From an uncultured Dehalococcoidales bacterium (GTDB lineage Bacteria; Chloroflexota; Dehalococcoidia; Dehalococcoidales; BS750m-G39): DNA of 64,000 nucleotides. The notes below the pieces were generated by a model that made no database searches, had not been told where the DNA came from, and worked only from the letters and a program-made list of their open reading frames with translations. Position numbers and translations under genes: made by a program. Positions 27,492 to 37,084 of the stretch are shown in pieces. How positions within the stretch are numbered: position 1 is the first letter of the stretch; the number at the start of each line of letters is the position of its first letter. The stretch lies in NCBI GenBank assembly GCA_964505425.1, contig CAZDHX010000006.1:700-64699 (forward strand). The letters are read 5' to 3'.

Positions 27492-28268
27492 TCACCTATC
27501 AATAGAGCTCCTTAAATTTCTTACCAATCTAGCCAGCGAAATAAAACCGTCTCTCTTCTCCATAAGCTGAATTATCCGACTGCCGACAATAATCCCGTCA
27601 GCTACCCGGGCCACCTGCCTTGCCTGCTCCGGGGTAGATATTCCGAAACCAACGCAGAGGGGCTGAGCGGCTGCCTTCCTCACCCTGGCGACAAACGCCT
27701 CTAGGTCCCCGGATAATCTCTGCCTAACCCCGGTAACCCCGGTTACTGAAACCATGTAGATAAACCCTCGCGACCTCTCAGCAACAAGCCTGATTCTCTC
27801 CTCAGTGCTGGTCGGAGCCAGGAGATAGATGAGGTCAAGCCCCTGCCTTCGGCTAATAGCCTCCAGTTCTGAGCCTTCCTCCGGGGGCAGGTCAGGAATG
27901 ATTAACCCGGAAATACCAGACTCAGCGCAGGCAGCGCAAAATGCTTTGAGACCATAGCTAAAGACGGGATTAAAATAGGTCATAAATACCAGTGGTATAT
28001 TGACCTTGCGGCTTAACTTGCTGGCTATCTCAAGGCAGAGCTGGGGGGTAACTCCATTCTGCAAGGCATGAAAGCTTGCCTTCTGTATGGTGACCCCATC
28101 AGCTAAGGGGTCAGAGAAGGGTATCCCCAGCTCCACAATATCACAGCCGCTATCGGCAAGGAGAGGGACTACCTCCAGGGTGGCTTCAACAGTGGGATAA
28201 CCGACGGTAACATAAGCAATAAGGGCTTTGTGACCCGGTAGGCTGAATACAGAAGCAATTCTGCTCAT
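27492..28268 (-). CDS. trpA: tryptophan synthase alpha chain
   Basis: 258 aa with motifs [13 protein letters not shown] and GFGIS. Confidence 0.9.
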   Translation of the reverse strand: MSRIASVFSLPGHKALIAYVTVGYPTVEATLEVVPLLADSGCDIVELGIPFSDPLADGVTIQKASFHALQNGVTPQLCLEIASKLSRKVNIPLVFMTYFNPVFSYGLKAFCAACAESGISGLIIPDLPPEEGSELEAISRRQGLDLIYLLAPTSTEERIRLVAERSRGFIYMVSVTGVTGVRQRLSGDLEAFVARVRKAAAQPLCVGFGISTPEQARQVARVADGIIVGSRIIQLMEKRDGFISLARLVRNLRSSIDR

Positions 28269-29452
28269 GGCTTTACCCCCAGTGCTTGAGCTACTATGTC
28301 CATGTCCTTATCACCACGCCCGGAAAGGTTGACCACGATGATTTGCTCTTTCTCCAGCGAACCGGCCATCTTAGCCGCATAGAATATGGCGTGAGCCGGT
28401 TCCAGAGCGGGGGCAATGCCTTCGGTCTGGCACAGTAACTGAAAGCCCTCAAGGGCTTCCTCATCAGTTACCGCCACATAGGTGGCACGCCCGCTGCCCT
28501 TGAGGTAACTATGCTCAGGACCGACCCCGGGGTAATCAAGCCCGGCAGAGATGCTGTGCGTTTCCCTAATCTGACCATTGCTGCCTTGAAGAACATAGGA
28601 TTTTGTCCCGTGGAGCACCCCCACCCTCCCCACAGCCAGTGGGGCAGCATGTTCGCCGGTGTTAAGTCCCCTCCCTGCTGCCTCCACCCCGATAAGCTTA
28701 ACCTTCTTGTCATCTAAAAAGGGATAAAAAATGCCCATGGCATTGCTACCGCCGCCAACGCAGGCGATAATATAATCGGGCAGGCGACCTGATTTATCTA
28801 GAATCTGCTGCCTCGTCTCCTTGCCGATTACCGACTGAAAGTCGCGTACCATCACCGGATATGGATGGGGACCGACTACTGAACCAAGGAGGTAATAGGT
28901 TTCGCTGGGGTTGGTCACCCAGTCCCTTATCGCCTCATTAATAGCATCCTTCAGGGTGCGGCTGCCTGAGGAGACTGGCCTAACCTCAGCGCCCATCAGC
29001 CTCATCCGGAAGACATTGAGGGACTGGCGGCGCATATCCTCCTCCCCCATGTAGACGATACACTCCAGCTCCAGCATAGCACAGACGGCGGCGGCGGCTA
29101 CGCCGTGTTGCCCGGCTCCGGTCTCGGCGATTACCCTCCGCTTCCCCATTCTCCGAGCGAGAAGTCCCTGCCCTAGAGCATTATTAATCTTATGGGCTCC
29201 GGTGTGGGTCAGGTCTTCCCTCTTAAGGAAAATCCGGGCGCCACCGCAATTTTCGGTCAGCCTTTCGGCGAAGTAGAGTGGCGTTGGTCTCCCCGAATAA
29301 TCACGAGAAAGCGTTTCAAACTCAGCCCAGAAGGTTTTATCCGCCTTTGCCTCCTTGTAGGCTGTGGTCAGCTCATCCAGGACGGGCATGAGGGTCTCGG
29401 GGACAAACTGTCCCCCATAATCGCCAAAGTATCCCCTCTCATCAGGCAGCAT
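28265..29452 (-). CDS. trpB: tryptophan synthase beta chain
   Basis: 395 aa with motifs HTGAHKINN and GGGSNAMG. Confidence 0.95.
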   Translation of the reverse strand: MLPDERGYFGDYGGQFVPETLMPVLDELTTAYKEAKADKTFWAEFETLSRDYSGRPTPLYFAERLTENCGGARIFLKREDLTHTGAHKINNALGQGLLARRMGKRRVIAETGAGQHGVAAAAVCAMLELECIVYMGEEDMRRQSLNVFRMRLMGAEVRPVSSGSRTLKDAINEAIRDWVTNPSETYYLLGSVVGPHPYPVMVRDFQSVIGKETRQQILDKSGRLPDYIIACVGGGSNAMGIFYPFLDDKKVKLIGVEAAGRGLNTGEHAAPLAVGRVGVLHGTKSYVLQGSNGQIRETHSISAGLDYPGVGPEHSYLKGSGRATYVAVTDEEALEGFQLLCQTEGIAPALEPAHAIFYAAKMAGSLEKEQIIVVNLSGRGDKDMDIVAQALGVKP

Positions 29453-30611
29453 CGTCCTTCTCCTGCTGTGACTTAATATAAGAGTTAAAATTGCGTTTCA
29501 TCTCGTCTATATGGTCGCCGCCAAATTTCTCAACCATTGCCTCGGCCAAGACCAGAGCCAGCATTGCCTCGGAGATAACCCCGCTTCTGGGAACGGCGCA
29601 GATGTCCGACCTCTCCACTTTGCTCGGCGCGGGGCGGTGGGTGGCGATATCTATCGTCTTTGCCGCCGCCCCAAGGGTTGAGAGCGGTTTATGGTAAACA
29701 CGGCAGACGATGTCCTCACCGTTGCTCATGCCGCCTTCTATCCCGCCCATGTTATTGGTCTGGCGCGCGAAACGATGACCTTTATATATAATTTTGTCCT
29801 GGAACTCGGAGCCAAACATAGCCGCGCCGGCGATGCCACCACCTATTTCCACCGCCTTCACCGAGGGGATGCTCATCAGGGCTTGGGTGAGCCTGCCGTC
29901 AAGCCGGCGGTCATAGTGCATAACACTCCCCAGCCCGACGGGCACGCCGGTGGCGATGACCTCGACCACCCCGCCGAGGGTATCCTTCCTGGCTCTAGCC
30001 TCAAGGATTAGCTGTTTCATTTTCCCGGATGTCTTGGGGTCGATACACCTTATATCGGGGTCGGTGGCAAAGACCCTGGCTACTTCTTCAAAGTCAGAGG
30101 GGTGATGGGTTAGTTTCACTGCTCCGATTTGCACGGTGTGGCTGGCGAGCCTGATACCAAATTCCAATAGCAGTTGTCTGACGACCGCCCCCGCCATAAC
30201 CCTCCCCACCGTCTCTCTGGCACTGGCTCTTTCCGAGATATTCCTGATATCGTCCTGGCCATATTTTAAGACACCGGCCAGGTCGGCGTGACCGGGACGG
30301 GGGGCGGTTACCTTAGCCGCTGGCTTTCTGGTCTCCTCAATCCTCATCTCATCCTGCCAGTTAGCAAAGTCCAGATTTCTGACGATAAGCGTAATCGGGC
30401 TACCCAGCGTCTTACCATAGCGGACGCCGGAGAGGATTTCAGCCTTGTCCTCCTCAATTTTCTCCCTGCCCCCGCGACCAAAATCGGAGTGCCGGCGTTT
30501 CAGGTCTTGATTAATATCCTCGACATTGGCTCTGACTCCGGCGGGCACCCCCTCAATAATGGCAATACAGGCCGGGCCGTGAGATTCACCGGCGGTCAAA
30601 ATGCGTAGCAT
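29442..30611 (-). CDS. aroC: chorismate synthase
   Basis: 389 aa. N-terminus [12 protein letters not shown] and the RPGHAD motif. Confidence 0.9.
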   Translation of the reverse strand: MLRILTAGESHGPACIAIIEGVPAGVRANVEDINQDLKRRHSDFGRGGREKIEEDKAEILSGVRYGKTLGSPITLIVRNLDFANWQDEMRIEETRKPAAKVTAPRPGHADLAGVLKYGQDDIRNISERASARETVGRVMAGAVVRQLLLEFGIRLASHTVQIGAVKLTHHPSDFEEVARVFATDPDIRCIDPKTSGKMKQLILEARARKDTLGGVVEVIATGVPVGLGSVMHYDRRLDGRLTQALMSIPSVKAVEIGGGIAGAAMFGSEFQDKIIYKGHRFARQTNNMGGIEGGMSNGEDIVCRVYHKPLSTLGAAAKTIDIATHRPAPSKVERSDICAVPRSGVISEAMLALVLAEAMVEKFGGDHIDEMKRNFNSYIKSQQEKDDAA

Positions 30612-31914
30612 GTTTTTCTCCTTCCAAAGCCTGGGTCAGGGCAGACTCCATAACCCTTAGCGGGGCTTTGTGTCCGGTAAAGAGTTCAAACTGCGTCGCT
30701 GCCTGATAAAGAAACATCTTATAGCCGTAGACAACAGCACATCCCCTCTCTCTGGCTTCAGATAGTAATTTTGTCTCCTTCGGGTGGTAAACGATATCAA
30801 AGACGGTGAGCTTATTATGAAGGAGGTCTTGGGGTATAGGCGATTCGTTCGTTTTGGGCCACATTCCCACCGGGGTGGCGTTTATCAGGATATCCGCCGA
30901 GGAAATCTCGCCGAGCCTTTCTAAGCCCCCAAAATCCTCGGTGCCAAGCATCTCCGCCAGCTTCTTTGCCTTCTCCTCGGTGCGGTTCAGTATCACCAGC
31001 TCAGCCCCGCTCCTCCTTAAGCCCAGGGCGATAGCGGTGGCCGCTCCCCCGCCGCCGACAAGGACTGCCTTCTTGCCTTCGAGGGAAGTCGCCTCCTCCA
31101 GCGCCTTCAGTGCCCCCTGATAATCAGTGTTATAGCCGGTTAGGACACCCTCATCATTGACGATGGTATTGACGGCGCCGGTCTCTATGGCGACACGGTC
31201 AAACTTGTCGACATATTCCATAGCCCTGGCTTTATAGGGCATGGTAATGCTTGCCCCCCGAATTTTTAGTCCCCTTATGCCCTCTATCGCCCGCTTAAAG
31301 TCCTTGACCTGGAATGGGACGTACACATAGTCAATGCCCAGCGCCTGATAACCGGCATTATGAATTAATGGGGAAAGGGAGTGTTCCACCGGGTCGCCGA
31401 TAAGGCAACAGATTTTCTTTAGCGATTTTATAATGGCTTCAGCCACTTCTTCCGGTGTTTTGTTTTCGGTATCAACCACCAAAGCGGCGGCTTTCCGATA
31501 AAGCGCCTTTCGCTCTTTAAGCGTTATTTCAACATCTTCTCGCTGCGTCTTGCCCACCAGCAGCGGTCTCTGGCTGTCCTCCCCAATTCGCTCAAGTAGG
31601 GTATCAACGTCGGCTTTTAGCCAGACCAATATACTGTTTTTCTTGAGCCTCTGGATGTTTTTCTCTCTGGTTATTACCCCCCCGCCGCTGGCATTGATAA
31701 TGTTGTCCTGCTCAGCCACCTCACTGGTTACCTCCTCCTCTATATCCCGGAACTTTTCCCAGCCGTGTTTTTCCACAATCTCGGCGATGCTGAGCCCCGC
31801 CCTCCGGGCGATTAGCTCGTCCATCTCAACGAGCTCCCTGCCCAGCTTCCGGGCTAAAATTTTACCTACTGTTGTTTTCCCCGAGCCCCTCATGCCGATA
31901 AGGACGATGTTCAT
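30586..31914 (-). CDS. aroK/aroE: fused shikimate kinase (N-terminal) / shikimate 5-dehydrogenase (C-terminal)
   Basis: N-terminal P-loop GMRGSGKTT (AroK-like, ~170 aa), then IGDPVEHSLSPLIHN and GGGGAA Rossmann motifs (AroE-like). Confidence 0.8.
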   Translation of the reverse strand: MNIVLIGMRGSGKTTVGKILARKLGRELVEMDELIARRAGLSIAEIVEKHGWEKFRDIEEEVTSEVAEQDNIINASGGGVITREKNIQRLKKNSILVWLKADVDTLLERIGEDSQRPLLVGKTQREDVEITLKERKALYRKAAALVVDTENKTPEEVAEAIIKSLKKICCLIGDPVEHSLSPLIHNAGYQALGIDYVYVPFQVKDFKRAIEGIRGLKIRGASITMPYKARAMEYVDKFDRVAIETGAVNTIVNDEGVLTGYNTDYQGALKALEEATSLEGKKAVLVGGGGAATAIALGLRRSGAELVILNRTEEKAKKLAEMLGTEDFGGLERLGEISSADILINATPVGMWPKTNESPIPQDLLHNKLTVFDIVYHPKETKLLSEARERGCAVVYGYKMFLYQAATQFELFTGHKAPLRVMESALTQALEGEKHATHFDRR

Positions 31915-33200
31915 GATAGCTCCTCGATTTTTGCCCCCAGCTTTTTCAGGTCAGTGAAGAATTGGGGATAGGATTTACTGACCGCCTCAGCGCCGCTAAT
32001 AATAGAACCACCCTCGGCGAAGAGGGCGGCGATGGCAAAGCCCATCGCCAGGCGGTGGTCGGCGTGGACTTCAATTTCGGCTCCCTTTGGCTTACCGCCA
32101 TAGACTGTCATGGTATTCTCGGTAACATCGGTTCGTATTCCCATCTTGACCAACTCAGCAGCGACGTCACTGAGCCGGTCTGTCTCTTTAAACTTTAGAT
32201 GACCGATATTGTTTATCTTCGTTTTGCCATGAGCATAAGCAGCCACCACCGCTACCGTCGGGACAATATCAGGATAATCACCCATATCTACGGTGATGCC
32301 AGTAAGCTCCTTGTTACGAGAAATCCTCACCTGCTCTTCTTGGTGTTCAACGGAGCCCCCCATCTCGGAGAGGATGGTCAAGAGATGCCTATCGCCCTGC
32401 ACGGAATCAGCTTTTAGATTTTTTACCGTTACCGGCTTGCCGCCAATGGCGCCAGCGGCGAAAAAATAGGCGGCGGAGGAGTAATCCCCCTCTATTTGGT
32501 AGTCCCTGGCTTGATATTTTTGCCCGCCCTTAACTATAAATTCTTTATAGTCTTTATTTTCTGTCTCAACGCCGAAGGCTTGCATAACATCAATGGTTAT
32601 GTCTACGTATGGTCGGGAGTGAAGCCCGCCAGCAATCTTGATGCTAAGCCCCTCCTCGGTATAGGGGGCAATCATGAGCAGTGAGCTGATATGCTGCGAA
32701 CTCACCAGACCGGAGATTTCGACCTCGCCGCCGCTAAACCTCCCCCCTTGGATTTCAATTGGTGGGTAGCCGTTATTTTCCAGTGAGCGGGCGTGAACCC
32801 TCAGGCTTTCTAGCGCTGAGAGTAAATCACCTATCGGGCGCTGGCGAAGTCTACTATTGCCATCAAGGACAACCTTGGTCTGGCTTAGAGCTGCCATTGG
32901 GGCAACCATCCGGATGGTGCTCCCCGAGTTGCCAACAAAAATCCTTTGTCTATCAGGGGCGACCCTGATTTGACCGCCGGTGCCGATAATTTTTAGCCGG
33001 TCGCCCCTGAGTTCAATATCAGCTCCCAGGGAGCGGCAGGCATTGATGGTATAGAGGGTGTCATCTGACAGCAGCGGGTTTTCGATTATGCTCTCGCCCG
33101 CCGCCAGCGAAGCCACTATCACCGCCCGGTGGGTATAGCTCTTTGACGGCGGTGCCGAGACCTCTCCGCTCACTGAAGATGGCGTTATTCTTACTTTCAC
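31911..33200 (-). CDS. aroA: 3-phosphoshikimate 1-carboxyvinyltransferase (EPSP synthase)
   Basis: 429 aa with motifs PPSKSYTHR, LFVGNSGST and DHRLAM. Confidence 0.9.
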   Translation of the reverse strand: MKVRITPSSVSGEVSAPPSKSYTHRAVIVASLAAGESIIENPLLSDDTLYTINACRSLGADIELRGDRLKIIGTGGQIRVAPDRQRIFVGNSGSTIRMVAPMAALSQTKVVLDGNSRLRQRPIGDLLSALESLRVHARSLENNGYPPIEIQGGRFSGGEVEISGLVSSQHISSLLMIAPYTEEGLSIKIAGGLHSRPYVDITIDVMQAFGVETENKDYKEFIVKGGQKYQARDYQIEGDYSSAAYFFAAGAIGGKPVTVKNLKADSVQGDRHLLTILSEMGGSVEHQEEQVRISRNKELTGITVDMGDYPDIVPTVAVVAAYAHGKTKINNIGHLKFKETDRLSDVAAELVKMGIRTDVTENTMTVYGGKPKGAEIEVHADHRLAMGFAIAALFAEGGSIISGAEAVSKSYPQFFTDLKKLGAKIEELS

Positions 33201-33649
33201 TTGCCTTTCTTGCTCCTGATATGCTCAACCAAGGTTTTGAGCCCCAGAAGATAGCTTTGGGTTTTAAGGCCGGAAATCTGCTTGATAACCACGTCTGAAA
33301 TAACTGATATCTGGCGCCACTTCTCGCGGGCGTGGATGTCCGATAGGTGCACCTCAACCACCGGTAATCCGCAGTCAAGGAGGGCGTCATGTAGGGAGTA
33401 GCCGTAGTGGGCCAGGGCACCGGGGTTAATCAGGATACCGTCAGCGCCGCCTGCTTTCTCCTGGATAAAGTCGATAATACTGCCCTCGTGGTTAGACTGA
33501 AAGAAAGCCAGCTCGCAGCCCAGTGCTTTTCCTTTCTCAATGAGTGCTCTCTCTATTGATTCCAGGGTATCCGTGCCGTAGTGCTTGGCCTCTCTCCTGC
33601 CCAGCATATTCAGGTTGGGACCGTTAATCACCAGGATTCTCATCGGCAT
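33197..33649 (-). CDS. aroQ: type II 3-dehydroquinate dehydratase
   Basis: 150 aa with motifs INGPNLNMLGRRE and SNHEG. Confidence 0.9.
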   Translation of the reverse strand: MPMRILVINGPNLNMLGRREAKHYGTDTLESIERALIEKGKALGCELAFFQSNHEGSIIDFIQEKAGGADGILINPGALAHYGYSLHDALLDCGLPVVEVHLSDIHAREKWRQISVISDVVIKQISGLKTQSYLLGLKTLVEHIRSKKGK

Positions 33650-34809
33650 ATCTCCGTAAGAACTTTTCTGACCGAGCTCTCCGCCACCGGCTGGTCGACC
33701 ACCCCCTTACCAATGCCCTTCAATAATACCCAGCCCGTCTGACCGAGGGTTGTTTTCTTATCAAAACGGATGGCTTCAAGCAGTTCGTCTGGGTTTATTC
33801 CCTGACAACTAGTAGGCAAGCCGAACTTCAGCAGCAGGTTTTTGATTCTGGGGACATTGCCTGGGCTGAACATGCCGACCTGCTCACTTATCCTGGCGGC
33901 AGCCAGCATCCCGATAGCCACTGCCTCACCATGGCTCGGTCCATGGAGCTTGGCGGCAGCCTCAAGGGCATGACCGATGGTATGGCCGAAGTTAAGTATG
34001 GCTCGCTCGCCACTCCGCTCCGTCTCGTCCACCTCTACTATGCCGGCTTTCAAACGGCTACATCGCATAACGATATCCTTTAGTCCAGCAGTGCCGAGTT
34101 CCTTTTCTCCCTTCTGGTCAAGGGTGCGGAATAGCTCCTCGTCCATAGCCAGGGCGTACTTTATCACCTCAGCCATGCCGTTTCGTATCTCGGCTTGGGG
34201 TAAAGATTTCAAAAGGGCAACATCGCAGATAATCGCCCTCGGCTGGTAGAAGCTGCCGACCATGTTCTTCTTGCCGCCAAAATTGACCCCCACCTTGCCG
34301 CCGATGCTGCTGTCTACCTGGGCAAGAAGGGTGGTGGGCAGTTGAATATAATCAATCCCGCGAAGGTAGGTAGCGGCGATATAGCCGCTCGTGTCGCCAA
34401 CGACACCACCCCCGAGAGCACATATTATCCCTTTGCGGTCTACATTGTTCTTCAGCAGAAATTTGTACCCTCGTTCCATGGTGCTCATGGACTTGGCTTT
34501 TTCCCCCACCGGCAGGGTAAACGTGAGTGCTCTCTTTCCTGCTGACTTTAGTATTTGGAGCACATATTGTCCGTGGAGCCTTTTTACGTTGGTATCGGTT
34601 ATCAGGACGATGTTGGAATAGCCGCTGAAGTCAAAATACCGCTCAAGTTGCTTTATAATGCCGTCACCGACGATAATTGGACAGCGCTTAACCGCCTGTA
34701 TCTTGATAATATGGCTGTTATATTTTGTCGAGCTCTCTCTTCTCCCAGACATCGTCTTGCCACTCATCCCTCTCATGTTTAGACGTCGAGAAAAACGACC
34801 GAAGACCAT
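33640..34809 (-). CDS. aroB: 3-dehydroquinate synthase (true start probably an internal Met, e.g. near 34752)
   Basis: Motifs GGGVVGD and the HGEAVAIG metal site. The longest ORF overlaps the end of tyrA by ~90 nt, so the start is uncertain. Confidence 0.85.
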   Translation of the reverse strand: MVFGRFSRRLNMRGMSGKTMSGRRESSTKYNSHIIKIQAVKRCPIIVGDGIIKQLERYFDFSGYSNIVLITDTNVKRLHGQYVLQILKSAGKRALTFTLPVGEKAKSMSTMERGYKFLLKNNVDRKGIICALGGGVVGDTSGYIAATYLRGIDYIQLPTTLLAQVDSSIGGKVGVNFGGKKNMVGSFYQPRAIICDVALLKSLPQAEIRNGMAEVIKYALAMDEELFRTLDQKGEKELGTAGLKDIVMRCSRLKAGIVEVDETERSGERAILNFGHTIGHALEAAAKLHGPSHGEAVAIGMLAAARISEQVGMFSPGNVPRIKNLLLKFGLPTSCQGINPDELLEAIRFDKKTTLGQTGWVLLKGIGKGVVDQPVAESSVRKVLTEICR

Positions 34810-35923
34810 CAGCGTTTTCCTGCGAGATTAATTCTTCAACTGTGGTTAGTGTTGCCCAGAGTGAAGCCATAGCTTTCAGGATGTTGTCCCGATTAGTAAT
34901 ACAGATGTCAGTATACATCCCGGGGTCACCACTGGCAAGACGACTCATATCACGAAAACCGGTTGCTGCCAATTTCTTTGCCTCCGGCCACGAACTGTGC
35001 TTGGCGGCAGTGAATACCAGGCAAGCTGATATAAGGAAGGGAAGATGGCTGACCCAGGCAACATGCTGGTCATGCTCAGAGGCAGGTATAACCTTCTCTT
35101 CAGCGCCAATAATGTTGATAAGTTGCCTGGCGGCGGTGATGGCAGCGGTATTTGTCTTCCCGTTCGGTGTTATCGCAAATAGGCGCTGCCGGAACAGGTT
35201 TTCATCGGCGGATTCTGGTGAGGCGTTCGTTTTGCCGGCTAGAGGATGACCACCAACAAACAAGGCGTGCTGGGGGAGGATGCTATCTGCCCATTGGCAG
35301 ACCTGTTCTTTTGAGCCGCCGACATCAATAATTACGGCCCCACTTTTGACGTGTGGTGCAATTTGCGCTAGTACTTGCTTCATCGCTCTAACCGGTACGG
35401 CTATCACTACCAGCTCTGCCTGCCTGACACAATCAGCTGGATTGTCGGCTATTTGGTCAATAGCTCCCCTAGCTAAGACCCACTCGGTCTTAGCAGGGTT
35501 GGCATCAAAACCGGTGATTTCGCAATTGGCCCCGGCTTTCTTCAAAGCCAGACAGATAGAGGTTCCAATGAGCCCAAGCCCGATAACCGCAATTTTCTTA
35601 TCGTCGAACCAGCTCAACTTGTCAGCACCTCTATACATATCCTTCTGAATTTGGAGCGACTCATTTATAATGAGCTTGAATATGTTCTCAATGGAGTGAC
35701 GGCTGATAACGGAAGCCTGGGCTACTTGTGACATGACCTGTTTCTCCCTGGCCATATCTTCAACTGGTAAGTTGTGCCTGGCCTTGTGCCTGCCTATTTC
35801 TCGTACCAGTTTGAACCTTTGATCAAGAAGTTCGATAATCTGGTAATCACACTGGTCAATCTTGGCTCTCAGATGTTCGAGGTTAAAATCATTATCTTGG
35901 CAAGTCCCCATTGTTATCACCAT
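34718..35923 (-). CDS. tyrA: bifunctional chorismate mutase (AroQ class) / prephenate dehydrogenase
   Basis: N-terminal ~90 aa match CM_2 (LEHLRAKIDQCDYQIIELLDQRFKLVREIGRHK). This is followed by the Rossmann motif VIGLGLIG and a PDH core. Confidence 0.8.
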   Translation of the reverse strand: MVITMGTCQDNDFNLEHLRAKIDQCDYQIIELLDQRFKLVREIGRHKARHNLPVEDMAREKQVMSQVAQASVISRHSIENIFKLIINESLQIQKDMYRGADKLSWFDDKKIAVIGLGLIGTSICLALKKAGANCEITGFDANPAKTEWVLARGAIDQIADNPADCVRQAELVVIAVPVRAMKQVLAQIAPHVKSGAVIIDVGGSKEQVCQWADSILPQHALFVGGHPLAGKTNASPESADENLFRQRLFAITPNGKTNTAAITAARQLINIIGAEEKVIPASEHDQHVAWVSHLPFLISACLVFTAAKHSSWPEAKKLAATGFRDMSRLASGDPGMYTDICITNRDNILKAMASLWATLTTVEELISQENADGLRSFFSTSKHERDEWQDDVWEKRELDKI

Positions 35924-36791
35924 CTATCTTCCTGCCCACAGCTTTAGCAACTCTGGCTAGAACGGGCATGGATTTCTTGAGTTCACCAATCGAGATTGTC
36001 TGAGCAGCGTCGCTCTTTGACTCTTGTGGGTGGAGGTGAGCCTCGATGAGAAGACCATCAGTGCCACAGGCAATGGCTGCTTTGCTCATATCGATAACCA
36101 AACTAGCGTTGCCGGTTCCATGGCTGGGGTCAACTATTATGGGGAGATGGGTCTGTTGTCTCAGATAGGGCACGGCACTGAGGTCAAGGGTGAATCGTAA
36201 CTCGTCTACCCAACTTCTAATCCCCCGCTCACACAGAATAACTTTTTCGTTACCCCCAACCATAATATACTCAGCGGCTAGCAAGAACTCTCTGTAAGTT
36301 GCGCTCATGCCACGCTTCAGGACCACCGCTGTCCTACTCTTACCCACTTCGCGTAGAAGCGGAAAGTTTTGCATGCTCCTGGCACCAATCTGAAGAATAT
36401 CGGCAAAATTAGCCACTAGTTCCACATCCCTCGGGTCAAGGACCTCGGTAATGACCTTAAGTCCGGTTAGCTTGGAAGCACGTTTAAGGTATTCTAGCCC
36501 TTCCCTCCCCAACCCCTGGAAATCGTGGGGCGACGTCCTGGGCTTGTAGGCACCACCTCGTAGCGTACTGACCCCTATGTTCTTGAGCTTTTTGGCTATA
36601 GAGATTATCTGCTCTTCATTTTCCACTGAACATGGTCCGGCCATTATTACAATTCGATTACCACCTATCTTTACTCCATCGCCGATGTCAATAATGGTGG
36701 TATCCTGCTCAGTGTTACCACTGGCGCACTTATGCCGTCTGGCTACCGCCAGTACTGGGGGCTCCCTGTTTATAGTATTTTGATGACTCAT
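35892..36791 (-). CDS. aroF: 3-deoxy-7-phosphoheptulonate (DAHP) synthase, type I-beta, no ferredoxin-like regulatory domain
   Basis: 299 aa with motifs MAGPCSVE, RGGAYKPRTSP and IVDPSH. First gene behind the leader/attenuator. Confidence 0.85.
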   Translation of the reverse strand: MSHQNTINREPPVLAVARRHKCASGNTEQDTTIIDIGDGVKIGGNRIVIMAGPCSVENEEQIISIAKKLKNIGVSTLRGGAYKPRTSPHDFQGLGREGLEYLKRASKLTGLKVITEVLDPRDVELVANFADILQIGARSMQNFPLLREVGKSRTAVVLKRGMSATYREFLLAAEYIMVGGNEKVILCERGIRSWVDELRFTLDLSAVPYLRQQTHLPIIVDPSHGTGNASLVIDMSKAAIACGTDGLLIEAHLHPQESKSDAAQTISIGELKKSMPVLARVAKAVGRKIDGDNNGDLPR

Positions 36792-36850
36792 AGCTTTAAC
36801 TCCTCCAAATTACCCTTAATGGTTCTTTCTCGACTTTCGGTTTAATCCTG

Positions 36851-36886
36851 ATAAAATAAGAGAACCCTCCCACTTAGGAGGGTTCT
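36851..36886 (-). terminator. attenuator terminator: 10-bp hairpin AGAACCCTCC/GGAGGGTTCT followed by CTTATTTTAT
   Basis: Read on the minus strand, 36886..36861 forms the hairpin (loop TAAGTG). A U-rich tract follows at 36860..36851. Lies 60 nt upstream of the aroF ATG. Confidence 0.6.
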
Positions 36887-36972
36887 TGTTTGACTTGGAC
36901 TAATTTTGGCTTATTTCTAACTAGCTCTTGTCATACTTCACGCAAAGCCTCCCAAGTGGTTTCGGCACCACC
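36870..36972 (-). promoter_or_regulatory. alternative antiterminator / anti-antiterminator pairings of the aro leader
   Basis: CCACTTGGGAGG (36959..36948) pairs over 12 bp (one G-U) with CCTCCTAAGTGG (36881..36870), which overlaps the terminator 5' arm and loop. GGTGGT (36972..36967) can pair with ACCACT (36960..36955). Confidence 0.55.
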
Positions 36973-37026
36973 GGCAGTAAAATAATAGCTAAAAAACCAA
37001 TCTTGAGAGACAATGTAACTTAACAT
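36931..37026 (-). CDS. putative aromatic-codon-rich leader peptide (31 aa) of the aro operon
   Basis: ATG at 37026, TGA at 36933..36931. Translation MLSYIVSQDWFFSYYFTAGGAETTWEALREV, with the codon run TGG TTT TTT AGC TAT TAT TTT at 36999..36979. Confidence 0.6.
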   Translation of the reverse strand: MLSYIVSQDWFFSYYFTAGGAETTWEALREV

Positions 37027-37055
37027 CTTTATTCAGCTCATCTAAAGCGTAGGTA

Positions 37056-37084
37056 ACAATAGCACAAAACGTATCACCTGTCAA
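37056..37084 (-). promoter_or_regulatory. promoter TTGACA-17-TATTGT for the aro leader and operon
   Basis: Minus strand: TTGACA (37084..37079, overlapping the TGA stop of the upstream DAHP synthase gene), 17-nt spacer, TATTGT (37061..37056). Confidence 0.5.

Noticed and set aside
27483-27494. Palindrome TGACTCGAGTCA overlapping the trpA stop codon as an operon terminator
   Set aside because: It is a 5-6-bp stem with no loop and no U-tract. A TTGACA box lies nearby (about 27455) but has no acceptable -10, so no feature is claimed.
36940-36975. CCGGTGGTGCCGAAACC in the aro leader as a degenerate T-box motif
   Set aside because: There is no specifier loop, F-box or AGAGA context, and the motif is about 85 nt from the terminator. 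The leader-peptide model accounts for all the helices.
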